Assembly (NCBI GenBank): GCA_963721455.1
Contig: CAVRJG010000041.1
Span: 32,001-96,000, forward strand
Origin: an uncultured Methanosarcinaceae archaeon
GTDB taxonomy: Archaea > Halobacteriota > Methanosarcinia > Methanosarcinales > Methanosarcinaceae
DNA length: 64,000 bases
Direction of reading: 5' to 3'
Within the stretch, counting starts at the first letter, position 1. Each line of letters opens with the position of its first letter. Of this stretch, positions 11,187 through 21,941 are shown one piece after another. Under the pieces are notes generated by a model. The model worked only from the letters and a program-made list of their open reading frames with translations. It ran no database searches and was not told the origin of the DNA. Position numbers and translations under genes: made by a program.

Positions 11187-11562
11187 GATGAGCTCATAAT
11201 TTAAAAATCCACATGGTAGCTTAATGCACCATAAGTTAACAGTTTATTAACAGGTATGAACCGTCCAGCCTGAGCTAATAGATTAACAGTCCACGAATAA
11301 TGCCCTGTTCATGGATTTCTTGCATGTGGTCAGTTCAAATCCTTCAAATTATGAAAGTTACTTTATAAAAAAGAAAATTCCATCAAATTCGTATTTCACC
11401 TAATTTCCATACATTAGCAAACAAAAGCTCATAAGCTAAATTGATTTGGATTACGTCTGAGTTATGTTAGACAATATTCTTACTCTTAATGAATCCTGTC
11501 TATTGATATCGATTTATCCATTCCGTCTGACTTGTCTACTATTTTTGCCCCTTTCTTTCATT

Positions 11563-11718
11563 CAGTCTTTTGATGCTTTTTTAAGATTCTCAAGAATGCT
11601 TGATACGCTCTCTTTTGCATCCTCTGTCTCTTTTGTATCTCTGGAAATGGTAATATCCAGAATGTCCCCTTCTTTGCTTTCAGCAGGCAGTAAGAAAAGA
11701 GAAATCTTGATTTTAATT
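11563..11718 (-). pseudogene. DUF3006 C-terminal fragment (copy 2)
   Basis: Minus strand IKIKISLFLLPAESKEGDILDITISRDTKETEDAKESVSSILENLK, nucleotide-similar to 5310-5450. Confidence 0.8.
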
Positions 11719-11998
11719 GCCCCATTATATTAGTTTCGGGATAGGCTCATTAGAAAAAGTAGGGTTATATGATAATATAATTGAAATGAAAATTGTAGGA
11801 TGCCCGAAAAATTATGAAGTAATAGAGACAGAGAAGAATGTGGCTGATAGTATTAAAGAAGGAATTATGTCGTTCCTTGGTATTATAATTTTTATATTGC
11901 TGATAATTTCTGTCGCATAAATGATATACTATGGTGCACCTACCGAGGATCTTTTTGAACCATAAATGATGATGGGATTTTATTCCTTAAAAACTGGG

Positions 11999-14311
11999 TT
12001 ATATTAGAAAAATGGAATGTTGTTTCAAATTAGCTACTGGAAATAGTGGTTCAGGTTCTGGGATGATTGCAATTCCCCCAGGAGAGACCTCGATATTCAC
12101 TGTTGCTGAGACAGTATCGTTTGAGGTGTCAATTACAGAAATATTGTTGCTATAATTGTTTTCATAACTGCCCTTGACTACCACGTATACCTTTTTTCCA
12201 TCAGGTGTGACTGCAATTTCTTTAGGATACTTTCCTACATTCAATGTGGTTACAACTTTTCTTGTAGATGTATCAATTACAGAGACAAAGCCATCTTCGC
12301 CAGCCACATATACTTTTGTTCCTGTTGGATTGACTACAACTTCATTGAGGTCTTCTTCTTACATCCACCGTAGCTATAACGGTATTTGTAGCTGTATCAA
12401 TGACAGAGACATAGTAGTAGGTTGTCACATATACCTTTGTTCCATCAGGTGTGACTGCAACTCCCCAAGGATGTTCACCTACAGGTACTGTAGCTATAAC
12501 AGTATTTGTTGCAGTATCAATTACAGATGTGGTATTGCCAGGGATAGAAAAGTTGCCATAGTTAGTCACATATGCCTTTTTTCCATCTGGGGTTACTGCA
12601 ATTCCCATATGGGTATTTCCTACAGGCACAGTGGCTTTAACAGTGGTTGTGTCAGTGTCAATTACAGAAACATTATTGCTGCCACTATTAGTCACATATA
12701 CCTTTTTTCCATCAGGACTGATTGCAACTCTATAGGGATCAGATCCCACTTTCACAGTGTCTGTAACAGTATTTGTTGCAGTATCAATTACGGAGACATT
12801 AACGCCCCAACGGTCAGCCACATATGCTGTTTTTCCATTAGGTGTGACTGCAATTCCATAAGGCCCACGTCCTACTTTCACAGATGTTATAACTAATCCT
12901 GTGGCTGTATCAATTACAGAGAATGCACCATCATTCGTAATGTATACAAATGGCCACGTGGATGAAACCCTTTTTTCAACGCTTATGTTAGCAAGTTTGG
13001 AATTAGTATTGAGTCCATTGCTAGCTGTCAAATTAACTGTATAGTTTCCTGAAGTCTTGTACGCATATACAGGATTTTGTTTTGTGGAATCTAATACCCC
13101 ATCACCATCAAAGTCCCAGTTCCACACAACTGCGTTTTTTGAAAGATCTGTAAACTTAACAACAAGAGGTGCAGTACCGTTAGTGACACTGGCTGTAAAG
13201 TTAGCAGTTGGGATAACTGAATTTTGAGACTGGACATCGATACAAGAGGTAAATAGTCAAATTTGTCCTCATAGACGTTATAAGGATCCTCATAGATTTT
13301 ATAAGGCAGGTCTCCAATCCCATTTCCATCCAAATCCACGCAGATCTGGGAGAATCCAGTTCCATCTGGCTTTGCCCAGAAGTTGCCTCCGATGTAAGGG
13401 CCACCGACAATATTACTGCCTGAAGCAAGTGAACTGTTCCAGGTATTTCCCCCTTCACAAGGTCCAAACCTTACGTTTAGACTATTGTTAAAATAATTAT
13501 TGTAGATTTTTTCTACGACCATTATTTTCTTTATCAAAAATCCCGCACTCTGCACAGGACGTTATTGTATTGTTGATTATACCAACATCACAACCATCTT
13601 CTAATTCAATCCCTACATTACAGTTTAATATTGTATTATTGTCAATTACTGAACTTGTTTGGGCAAGCTAATTCCATAATCGCAGTCAGTAATCCTGTTA
13701 TTACGAATATCTGCCAGCCTGATCCCATTCAGTAATACCAGTGGAGCAATTTGAGATTGTATTACCTGATACTGTATTATTTATTCCACAGCAGTCAATA
13801 AATATACCTTCTTTGCCGTTAGAGATTTTGTTTTCGGCTATTAAATTACCTGATATCTCGGATCCCAGAAGTAATAGAACCATTTTCAATGGTATTACCT
13901 GTCACATTATTCATATCGCCATAAACGTTGATTGAACCGTTTTCATAACCCTTACTGGCTCCTGTTATATTTAAACCACTGATCGTTGTAGCATTAGCTG
14001 TTATCAGAAAGGTACTTTCACTTTCATTCAGCGGTTTTACCTGCACATCTCCATTGTTTGATTCTGACCTGATAGTTAGACCTTTTACATTGACAAGAAC
14101 GTTTTCAGTATAAGTTCCAGACCTCACGATTATTATGTCCCCTGTTACAGAATTATTCACAGCTTCCTGAATTGACACGAAATCAGCTTCAGAATTATCA
14201 TCTACCGTAATTTCCCTTGCTGATGCAGTAGCTGACATGGAAACTAAGAAAATCGAAAATCAAAAATGTTGAAGTTAATCTTATTGAGCATAGCTTCTCT
14301 TTATTCCTCAT
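11999..14311 (-). pseudogene. frameshifted Methanosarcina surface protein (NosD beta-helix + PKD + YVTN beta-propeller)
   Basis: Fragments REITVDD..FVSIQEAVN, GGNFWAKPDGTGFS, WNWDFDGDG and repeated AVTPDGKKVYVTN..VSVIDTATNTV spread over at least 5 frame segments; ATG at 14311 after GGGG. Confidence 0.85.
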
Positions 14312-15070
14312 TATTCCCCCAAATGAATTTATTTAATCTTTAACAAATAAGCCTTAATATTACTCATTATTCTCTATTTGTATTAAGAAATTGGAATAAA
14401 GAAAAAAAGAAGAGAAAGTTTACTTTTCCAATGCTCTTATAGTTAAACAGGTATCTGAAAGGCAAAAAATATATCTTTCAAATCTGACAAAAACAAGGTA
14501 AATTCACCCGACGGTTAGATTTGATAATTGACTCTCTACTTGATTCTGATTTACTCTGGTTTATTTTTTCCTTAAAAATCCGAGAAACATATTCCTAAAA
14601 GCCATATTATATTCAACCTGAAAGAGGAAAAGGTAGTGGTAATTGATATGAACATATCTGTATCATGCCTGTTACTGGAAACTACCCCCCTTTTGAAAGT
14701 TCAGAATGGAAATGCGTATATCCCTGTCCTGATTATTTCGTGCAAAAAAGGTAATGCCAACCATAGGGGAATTATTAATCAAAATTAATTTTAAGTTCAT
14801 CACTAGATTTTGGCATTGTGTCAAAAAAGCAAAGGATTAATATGCCTCCATGGGCTAATTGTAAGCCATATTGTCCTTTTTTTTGAAATTGGCGCTCTAA
14901 ATCCCTTTTGAGATATGAAACTAAATTAAAGTAAAACTAATTTTGCCAATAATAATGTTTAAAATAGGTCTTTTTTGAGGTCGGGTCGATTGACCCGCTA
15001 TTATTTCGTGTCAGCTGGGACCGGCGTTCTGCTATCGGAACTGCACCCTTTTTCTGAATCGGAGGCTAAA

Positions 15071-15117
15071 TCGCCTTTACATGATGGAGGTCCTGAGTTC
15101 GAATCTCAGCGGGCCCA
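15071..15117 (+). repeat. tRNA-Val 3'-half copy 4 (att-like site)
   Basis: TCGCCTTTACATGATGGAGGTCCTGAGTTCGAATCTCAGCGGGCCCA; anticodon position reads TAC. Confidence 0.88.
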
Positions 15118-15124
15118 CTTTTGT

Positions 15125-15245
15125 TTTTTCCGATTATAAGAGCTTATAGAGCTTTTTTTCCAACTGCTCAATTCTTGCTTCAAGGTCAGATTTTTCTTCG
15201 GGTTGTATAACTTTAAGTTCACAGTTAAGCTCTTCTTCAAGAGCA
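15125..15245 (-). pseudogene. eroded convergent gene tail (probable integrase)
   Basis: Minus strand LEEELNCELKVIQPEEKSDLEARIEQLEKKLYKLL*. Confidence 0.5.
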
Positions 15246-15288
15246 ATTAAATAAACAGGTTTACTATTTTACTAAGAGGAAAACAACA

Positions 15289-15873
15289 ATGACTGAAATG
15301 ACTGAAAAAGAAAAAGCATCCCAGGCTTTATTATTTAATGCAATTTATGATAAAGAGCTGAATGATGAACGAGATTATTGTAAAGCACTTTGCTACGAAT
15401 ATAATCAGCTTCATCCCGCAAAAATTGGGGAAAGGACATCTTTAATTCAGAAACTTTTTGGCAAAACCAGGGGCTCTTTTCTTATTGAGCCGCCATTTAT
15501 ATGCGACTACGGTTACAACATCAAAATAGGAAGCAATTTCTTTGCAAATCACAACTGTATCATCCTTGACGGAGCAAAGGTTGTTTTTGGTGATAATGTG
15601 ATGATTGCTCCACACTGTGGCTTCTATACAGATGGACATCCGCTTGATGCAGAACGTCGTAACGCAGGACTGGAGTATGCTTATCCAATTAAAGTCGGCA
15701 GCAATGTATGGATAGGCGGTAATGTTGTCGTACTGCCTGGGGTAACTATCGGAGATAATACTGTTATCGGAGCTGGAAGTGTTGTGACAAAAGATATTCC
15801 GCCTGGCGTTGTTGCCGTTGGGAATCCTTGCAGGGTTATTCGTGAGATTATCGATGAAGATAAGAAGTTTTAA
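15289..15873 (+). CDS. maa: sugar (maltose/galactoside) O-acetyltransferase
   Basis: IEPPFICDYGYNI, hexapeptide repeats, VWIGGNVVVLPGVTIGDNTVIGAGSVVTKDIP. Confidence 0.9.
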   Translation: MTEMTEKEKASQALLFNAIYDKELNDERDYCKALCYEYNQLHPAKIGERTSLIQKLFGKTRGSFLIEPPFICDYGYNIKIGSNFFANHNCIILDGAKVVFGDNVMIAPHCGFYTDGHPLDAERRNAGLEYAYPIKVGSNVWIGGNVVVLPGVTIGDNTVIGAGSVVTKDIPPGVVAVGNPCRVIREIIDEDKKF

Positions 15874-16026
15874 TCCTTATTTTTGTGAGTCTGGCTCTCG
15901 AATTTAAATGTAAATCAAAAATATGTGCATTACAGTCTCAATTCAACTACTATAACCCAAGCTATTATCAAAGAAACAAATCTAATAAACCGTTTGATTT
16001 CGCTCTGTGAATCTTTTTTTAAGCTT

Positions 16027-16142
16027 CTAAATTACTATTTTCTCAATTACGGATAACACTCTCCCTATTTCATACTCTGTTTCTTTTATACTTCTGACAA
16101 TGGTAATATACAGAATATTTTCCTTCTCTGCTTCTATACAGC
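16027..16142 (-). pseudogene. DUF3006 C-terminal fragment (copy 3) abutting the last att-like site
   Basis: EKENILYITIVRSIKETEYEIGRVLSVIEKI aligns with SKEGDILDITIDIDAQETEDAKERASSLLEKL. Confidence 0.55.
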
Positions 16143-16186
16143 CCTTCATACGGCGGAGGTCCTGAGTTCGAATCTCAGCGGGCGCA
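16143..16186 (+). repeat. tRNA-Val 3'-half copy 5 (outermost att-like site, island boundary)
   Basis: CCTTCATACGGCGGAGGTCCTGAGTTCGAATCTCAGCGGGCGCA; followed by a T-rich tract and the housekeeping gene ppa. Confidence 0.88.
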
Positions 16187-16321
16187 CTTCTGTTTTTACA
16201 GATTCCTTTTTTCAAATTCCGCATTATTTTTAGTAAAGTATACTTCCAGGCAGTATACTTTTTACGTCCCCCCAGCCGTAAAAACAAAATGAAAACTTTT
16301 TGATCACACTCACTGATTAAA

Positions 16322-16819
16322 TTATTTCTTTTGCTCAATGTATCGGGATTTAGCTTCCTGAAGTATAGTGACTGCTGTTTCGAGGCCTTTCCAACCGAAA
16401 ACGTTCACGTGTTTGCCCTCTAATTTCTTGTAATTTTGGAAGAAGTGAGTAATTTCCTTAAATAGATGAGGCGGAACATGGTCAACGGTCTCAATATAAT
16501 TCCACATGGGATCATTCTTTGGAACGCAGAGTATTTTTTGATCTCTTCCTTTATCATCTTCCATGTCAAATAGTGCCACAAGATGTACGTCTATTACACA
16601 ACCTGGAAAGGTAGGTTCCCAGGTTAAAACCATAGCATCTAAAGGGTCACCGTCAAGGGCCAGGGTATCGGGGAAAAAACCGTAATCTGAAGGATATACC
16701 ATTGAAGAAGAAAGCATTCTGTCGTATTTAATCACTTTCTTTTCTTTATCATACTCGTATTTATTTCGGCTTCCTTTTGGAATCTCGATAAGTACACTTT
16801 CAACCTGTCGTTCAGTCAT
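16322..16819 (-). CDS. ppa: inorganic pyrophosphatase (family I)
   Basis: EIPKGSRNKYEYD, YPSDYGF, DGDPLD, DQKIL. Confidence 0.95.
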   Translation of the reverse strand: MTERQVESVLIEIPKGSRNKYEYDKEKKVIKYDRMLSSSMVYPSDYGFFPDTLALDGDPLDAMVLTWEPTFPGCVIDVHLVALFDMEDDKGRDQKILCVPKNDPMWNYIETVDHVPPHLFKEITHFFQNYKKLEGKHVNVFGWKGLETAVTILQEAKSRYIEQKK

Positions 16820-17084
16820 GCAAGAACTTCCTGCTTATTGATAGTTATTATAATACTGTTTCTTAATGATTGCAACTATTTATGCGCTCATAGATTATGT
16901 GTCCTGACAGGGTTATACTATTAAAACATGACCTCATGTGTTAATTTTCTTGACATCTGAAAGGAGAGATACAGGAAAATTGATTTGAAATATTCTTTTG
17001 GTACCTTTGATAAGAATGAGGTAAGATAATGTGCAACCTCTGCATCTGCAATCACATTGTGTTCATCGGGAAATTTTTAACAAT

Positions 17085-17170
17085 AAGGCGGGAAGTTCCC
17101 TTCCTCGACAGCTTCCGGCGAAGACAGAAAGCGGCAGGTGGGGATAAAATCCGTTAACTTCTACAATAGT
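17085..17170. mobile_element. IS200/IS605-family end remnant
   Basis: AAGGCGGGAAGTTCCCTTCC..GGTGGGGATAAAATCC GC-rich hairpin-like end; no tnpA or tnpB nearby. Confidence 0.4.
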
Positions 17171-17839
17171 TGTTATATCATTCGTTCCTTTCTTATCCCT
17201 ACAAAGCCTTCTGCATATTGTTTATCGTATTTTTGGCCTGTATAAATTACAGGTATACACACACAACAAAAATAGATAGGCACGATCAAGGTGATTTGAA
17301 GAGAATTTACAAATTAGTTACGGTATTATATTCATTTAACGGGACACAATTTATAAATTTCAATCATTCTTTTAGTTGATCTCACCCGCGAACGAGAGTG
17401 CTAAGTAGGATATTTCAGCCCCTGAAAAAAGTCTCAAATTCTAATGAACTTCCAGATCAACTGCAATTAAGGCGTTTTTAAAAAGATGAAGTTTTGACAC
17501 TAAAAAGTAATGTCATTCAGGTTAATTAAAAAAAATTAAGTTATCAAATGCCTATTTTTGAGGACAATCTCAAAGATCTGAATAATTTAATCAGTTTTTT
17601 GAAGAAAATATAGCAGGAAAAATAGTAAAAATCAAAGCAAAAATAGAAATCCAATTTGTGGAAAGTGGGATCTATTTCATTTTCGGCTTTTTTCGGTTAA
17701 TTTCAGGAAATTAGCAGAAGCAGAAGAGCCAGATGACTATTTAAAAAATAATGGGACTGTAAGATAAATATTTATAGTCAGTATAAGTAGTTTATATTAA
17801 TTTAAAAACGTAAAAAAAATTATACAGTGGGGAAAAAAC

Positions 17840-18247
17840 ATGAAAATTAGAGTCGTTAGTTCAAGAGAAGAAATCTTCACACTTAACCCTAATGAACGTG
17901 TTGTTCATCTGGCTTTCAGACCATCGAACAAGGATGTCTTTTCACTGGTTGAAACCTGTCCGAAAATCGATGTAATTCAGTTACCTAAATCTTATATGAG
18001 TACGGTCTCAAAATCCATAGAAATGTTCCTTGAGATGCAGAAAATCCAGCTTATCGAAGGAGATGTCTGGGGCCACAGGAAAGACATTAACGAATACTAC
18101 AATATTCCATCCTCAGTGATTGATAAGATAAAGGAGATGAAAACTGAAGGTAAATCCAGTGAGGATATCGAGACAAAGGTTTCAAGGGAAAGCAAACTCA
18201 ATCCTGAAATGATCGCTTATATCATGAGCAAAGAAGCTCCTGCTTGA
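17840..18247 (+). CDS. DUF1699 family protein
   Basis: MKIRVVSSREEI..HLAFRPSNKD..EGDVWGHRKDINEYY. Confidence 0.9.
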   Translation: MKIRVVSSREEIFTLNPNERVVHLAFRPSNKDVFSLVETCPKIDVIQLPKSYMSTVSKSIEMFLEMQKIQLIEGDVWGHRKDINEYYNIPSSVIDKIKEMKTEGKSSEDIETKVSRESKLNPEMIAYIMSKEAPA

Positions 18248-19131
18248 ATTCGTGCAGGGACATGCCCTTAAATTCGCTCTTTACTGGAGATAGACCCTAC
18301 AGAAAGATATTGCATCTTTCAAGAAAACCGCATTCGTGATCTAATCTCCAGCTTAAATTTTCCATTTATAAAGGCCCTGGAAAATTCCCTGACTTGAAAT
18401 TTAGCTTATATTTTTCATCTCAGGGAGATTTTACCTTTTTATCTCAGGAAGGCTCCCTATTTTTTATCTGGAATCTTTGAAATTTTAAATCTTTTAATCT
18501 TTGCAACTATTCGGACTGCTCAAAAGCAGTTTGAGCTGGTAACTTGGGCCGGTTATATCTCTGTGTTGGACTCGCGCATTTTGATCTCCTGACCATAGGA
18601 CCCGTCTCTGTCAAGGATGACAATTCTCAGGAACCCTCCTTTTTTCAGTTCCAGAGCACAAATTAAATGTCCTGCCGTTTTCAACAGGGAGACCCTCGGG
18701 ATTTCTATGGCCGTGGACCTGGTATGTATTCTCATTCGTGTTTTCGTTGAAACTTGCAGCAACCGCTTTTAAAAGTGAGCTGTGTTGTCAATTCTCCCCA
18801 AAAACCTCTGGTTTGGAAAATTTGTTCAAAGGTCGATAATTTTTCCCTGTTCCTGATTTTCTGTTCCAATTCTTGTTTTAATTAACCTGCTTACACTAAT
18901 AATTCCTGAGTTAATATTACTATTGATTTTTATAATGGTTAATTAGATAATTTTATGGTATCTATTTGAGAATAGACACGGGAAATCTTTGAAAATAGAT
19001 ACGTGGGAGAATCGTGAATAAGGGGTTGTGCGAAACGTGAGTGGAATCTGGCAATTGCCTTCTTGACGGGCACGCCCACGAGAAAAGACTCAGGCGTGCG
19101 GGAACCCCTGCAGATTTTTGTGGTGAAAGAT

Positions 19132-20613
19132 ATGGCAAACCGGAAGGAAACTGGTTATACTCTGCCTGGCAGGGCAGAATCATACTGGCTAGCAACCACC
19201 CCTGAATCAAATTATCCTGTTCTTCCAGGGGACATTCGCGTTGACGTGGCGATAATTGGGGGTGGAATAGTCGGAATCACCTCGGCTTTCCTTTTAAAGG
19301 AAGCAGGAGTATCCGTCGCAGTGATCGAGGCAGACAGGATCATAAAAGGGGTTACCGGCTATACGACTGCAAAAATCACATCCCAGCATAACCTGATCTA
19401 TAACAGACTGATCTCGGAATTAGGAAGAGGACAGGCGAAACAGTACGCCGAATCTAACCAGGCGGCAATCGAGAAGATTGAGTATATAGTTCGCTCATGG
19501 GACATATCCTGCGACTTTGCTCACAAGCCAGCATATGTCTATGCAAGTTCTGAAGATTCTGCACAGAGGATTCTGGATGAAGTTCGGGCAGCCAGAAGCC
19601 TGGGGCTTCCAGCCTCGTTTGAAGGCAACCTGCCGTTACCTTTTGAAACGTACGGTTCAGTCCGCTTTAGCCACCAGGCCCAGTTTCATCCTCGAAAATA
19701 CCTGTGTGCCCTTGCCAGAAAAATTCAGGATAATGGTTGCCATATCTTTGAAAAAACAAGGGCACTGGGAATAGAAGGAGGGGAGCCCGTGGTTATAAAA
19801 ACTGATAGGGGAACCGTAAGAGCAGAAAATGTCATTCAGGCAACGCATTTCCCGATTGTAGATAAGCCTGGAGAGTTATTCAAAAAACTGTACCAATCAA
19901 TGTCATATGTGCTTGGAATGCGTATTGAAGAGACATTCCCGGATGGGATGTTTATTAATGCCGAGGAGCCGGCACGGTCCCTGCGCTCCCAGCCTGCAGA
20001 CGGAGGTGAACTGGTACTTGCAGCTGGCAGCGGGCATCCGACAGGGCATGGAAATTCAGCACATGAGCACTACAGGCATCTTGAGGATTGGGCCAGATCG
20101 ATTTATAAAGTACGGTCTATCGATTACCGTTGGTCGACTGAGGACGTCATGTCTGACGATAACGTACCACTTATCGGCAAGCTTACTCCGGACAGTGAGC
20201 ACTCCTATGTGGCAACCGGATTCCAGAAGTGGGGCATGACGACAGGCACTGCTGCAGCAATGATTCTCACGGATACGATTCTTGGCAGGGGTAATCCCTG
20301 GACTGAGGTATACGATCCTTCAAGATCCAAACAGGTATCCCCATTCGCTGTCCAGGAAGAGATCTCCAGAATTGAACCCGGTCAGGGCATTGTTATTGAA
20401 AAAGGAGGGGAAAAGGTGGCAGTATACCGGGACCCGCAGGGTGTACTTTATACCTTTAATCCTGCCTGCAGGCACATGGGATGCTTTGTCTCCTGGAATG
20501 ATGCTGAGAAAACCTGGGACTGCCCCTGTCACGGTTCCCGCTATAATGCCAGAGGAGAAGTAATTCAAAGTCCTGCAGTTTATGGGCTTCTGGAGAAGAA
20601 GGTAAAGGAGTAA
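19132..20613 (+). CDS. FAD-dependent oxidoreductase with C-terminal Rieske [2Fe-2S] domain (YhfW-like)
   Basis: IIGGGIVG, GVTGYTTAKITSQH, CRHMGC..WDCPCHGSRY; ATG at 19132 after GGTGA. Confidence 0.92.
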   Translation: MANRKETGYTLPGRAESYWLATTPESNYPVLPGDIRVDVAIIGGGIVGITSAFLLKEAGVSVAVIEADRIIKGVTGYTTAKITSQHNLIYNRLISELGRGQAKQYAESNQAAIEKIEYIVRSWDISCDFAHKPAYVYASSEDSAQRILDEVRAARSLGLPASFEGNLPLPFETYGSVRFSHQAQFHPRKYLCALARKIQDNGCHIFEKTRALGIEGGEPVVIKTDRGTVRAENVIQATHFPIVDKPGELFKKLYQSMSYVLGMRIEETFPDGMFINAEEPARSLRSQPADGGELVLAAGSGHPTGHGNSAHEHYRHLEDWARSIYKVRSIDYRWSTEDVMSDDNVPLIGKLTPDSEHSYVATGFQKWGMTTGTAAAMILTDTILGRGNPWTEVYDPSRSKQVSPFAVQEEISRIEPGQGIVIEKGGEKVAVYRDPQGVLYTFNPACRHMGCFVSWNDAEKTWDCPCHGSRYNARGEVIQSPAVYGLLEKKVKE

Positions 20614-21580
20614 AACAGGTATCAATGAGGGTGAAGAGACTAAGGCAAGGAGAAGATAAATGAACGGAAAAAAATGGTCTTGCAATTTCAGCCCTATCTG
20701 CACATATTGATAAATGACCACCGGATTCCATGATGGTCTGTCTAAATTTTTAGTAGACTCTCTCAGAAGTTAGCTACGTATATTTATCTCAGATTAACTC
20801 TCTAAGTCGCGTAAATAATCCAATAAGCTCTTTTTGAATATTTTTCTGTATTTTTTCCGATAATTCAAGTGGACTGAATCAGGTTATTATGGAAGTAAAA
20901 ATACAACCATTATCTCCAATTCAATTTTTCGTCACCACTTAATTTTGAGGGCATGCTGTACTATATTTATAATGTAATTCTTCGTAACCTTTCTCACCCC
21001 CTTATTTTGTCACTCATAACATATTCTTTTAGTAATTCCCAATCCGGAAGTTTCTTCTTACGTAAAATTTCCCCAATATCTGTACCACACACCTTCTAAT
21101 TTCTACTAACTTTTGTATTCTATTCGATTCTTTATCCGCCAACCAAGCTGGTCAAGAAAAATTTTTTCTATATAGTATTTTTCAAACCGTCCATGAATAC
21201 GGATATGAGGTTGTAAGTGAAAAGAATTTCGTTGTAGATTCTAAACTTCTTCTCATATAGAAAAACGTGAAGCGTAGACTGAAAAAATTTTCAATCCATA
21301 ATTCGAATTCTCTCAATTCACACAATAATTGCTCAAAATCCTGTTTTTTCATACCCCCAAAAACCCGTGACAATCTAAAATAAACGTGTACTGTATAAAT
21401 TTCATTATTAAAATACCAAAAATATTTTATAATAGGATCGCATAAACCTTGGATGTCAACTCAGGAATTCAATGATAGATGAATGAAAACTTCTTAAAAA
21501 CAGAGTTGAACTGGCTAAAGGCCGTGATTAATTAAAACAGGAGGTATTGACCAGAGGAAATAACGTCCTGTGGTCAGTAA

Positions 21581-21877
21581 CAGATTTTGATTGGTAGAAG
21601 CCAAAGCTTCTCATGTCCGGCCACCTCCAATGACAGTCCCTAGAGAGTGATTGGAGAGTGGAGACTCTGTGTGCAACGTGTCCGCCCCACATAAATCGCA
21701 GAGAACCGAATTGGATAGGTTCAAAAATATTACAAAGACGTAATATAGATTTTTGAATTACCGTATAGAGCCGACTAATTAGATATTCGGTATAGAGCCG
21801 ACTTGATTAGATAGTTCGGAAAAAAGTATTACGAATACGTAATAAGGAATTTTGAGAATTATTTGGGGAAAAGTATA
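21581..21877 (+). repeat. ~300-bp direct repeat, copy A, with two TATTACG-N4-CGTAATA palindromes
   Basis: Aligns with 23139-23435; palindromes at 21728-21745 and 21827-21844. Confidence 0.9.
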
Positions 21878-21941
21878 CTATTACCCTATAAATTTTTAGT
21901 TTACCTAATCCCCTATAAAAACCCAACCCAAAGGTGATACG

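Noticed and set aside
12174-12896. 240-aa plus-strand ORF
   Set aside because: Antisense shadow of the YVTN repeats.
697-16186. Functional tRNA-Val genes or split-tRNA halves
   Set aside because: No D-arm or 5' acceptor strand, no common leader for trans-splicing, and several copies carry stem-breaking mutations; att-site duplications explain them better.
697-16186. CRISPR array
   Set aside because: The repeats are kilobases apart and tRNA-derived; no cas genes or regular repeat-spacer period anywhere in the window.
16027-16338. 103-aa ORF
   Set aside because: Chance fusion of intergenic DNA, the antisense tRNA fragment and a DUF3006 remnant.
18553-18762. 69-aa ORF
   Set aside because: Weak start and no assignable family; possibly a remnant.
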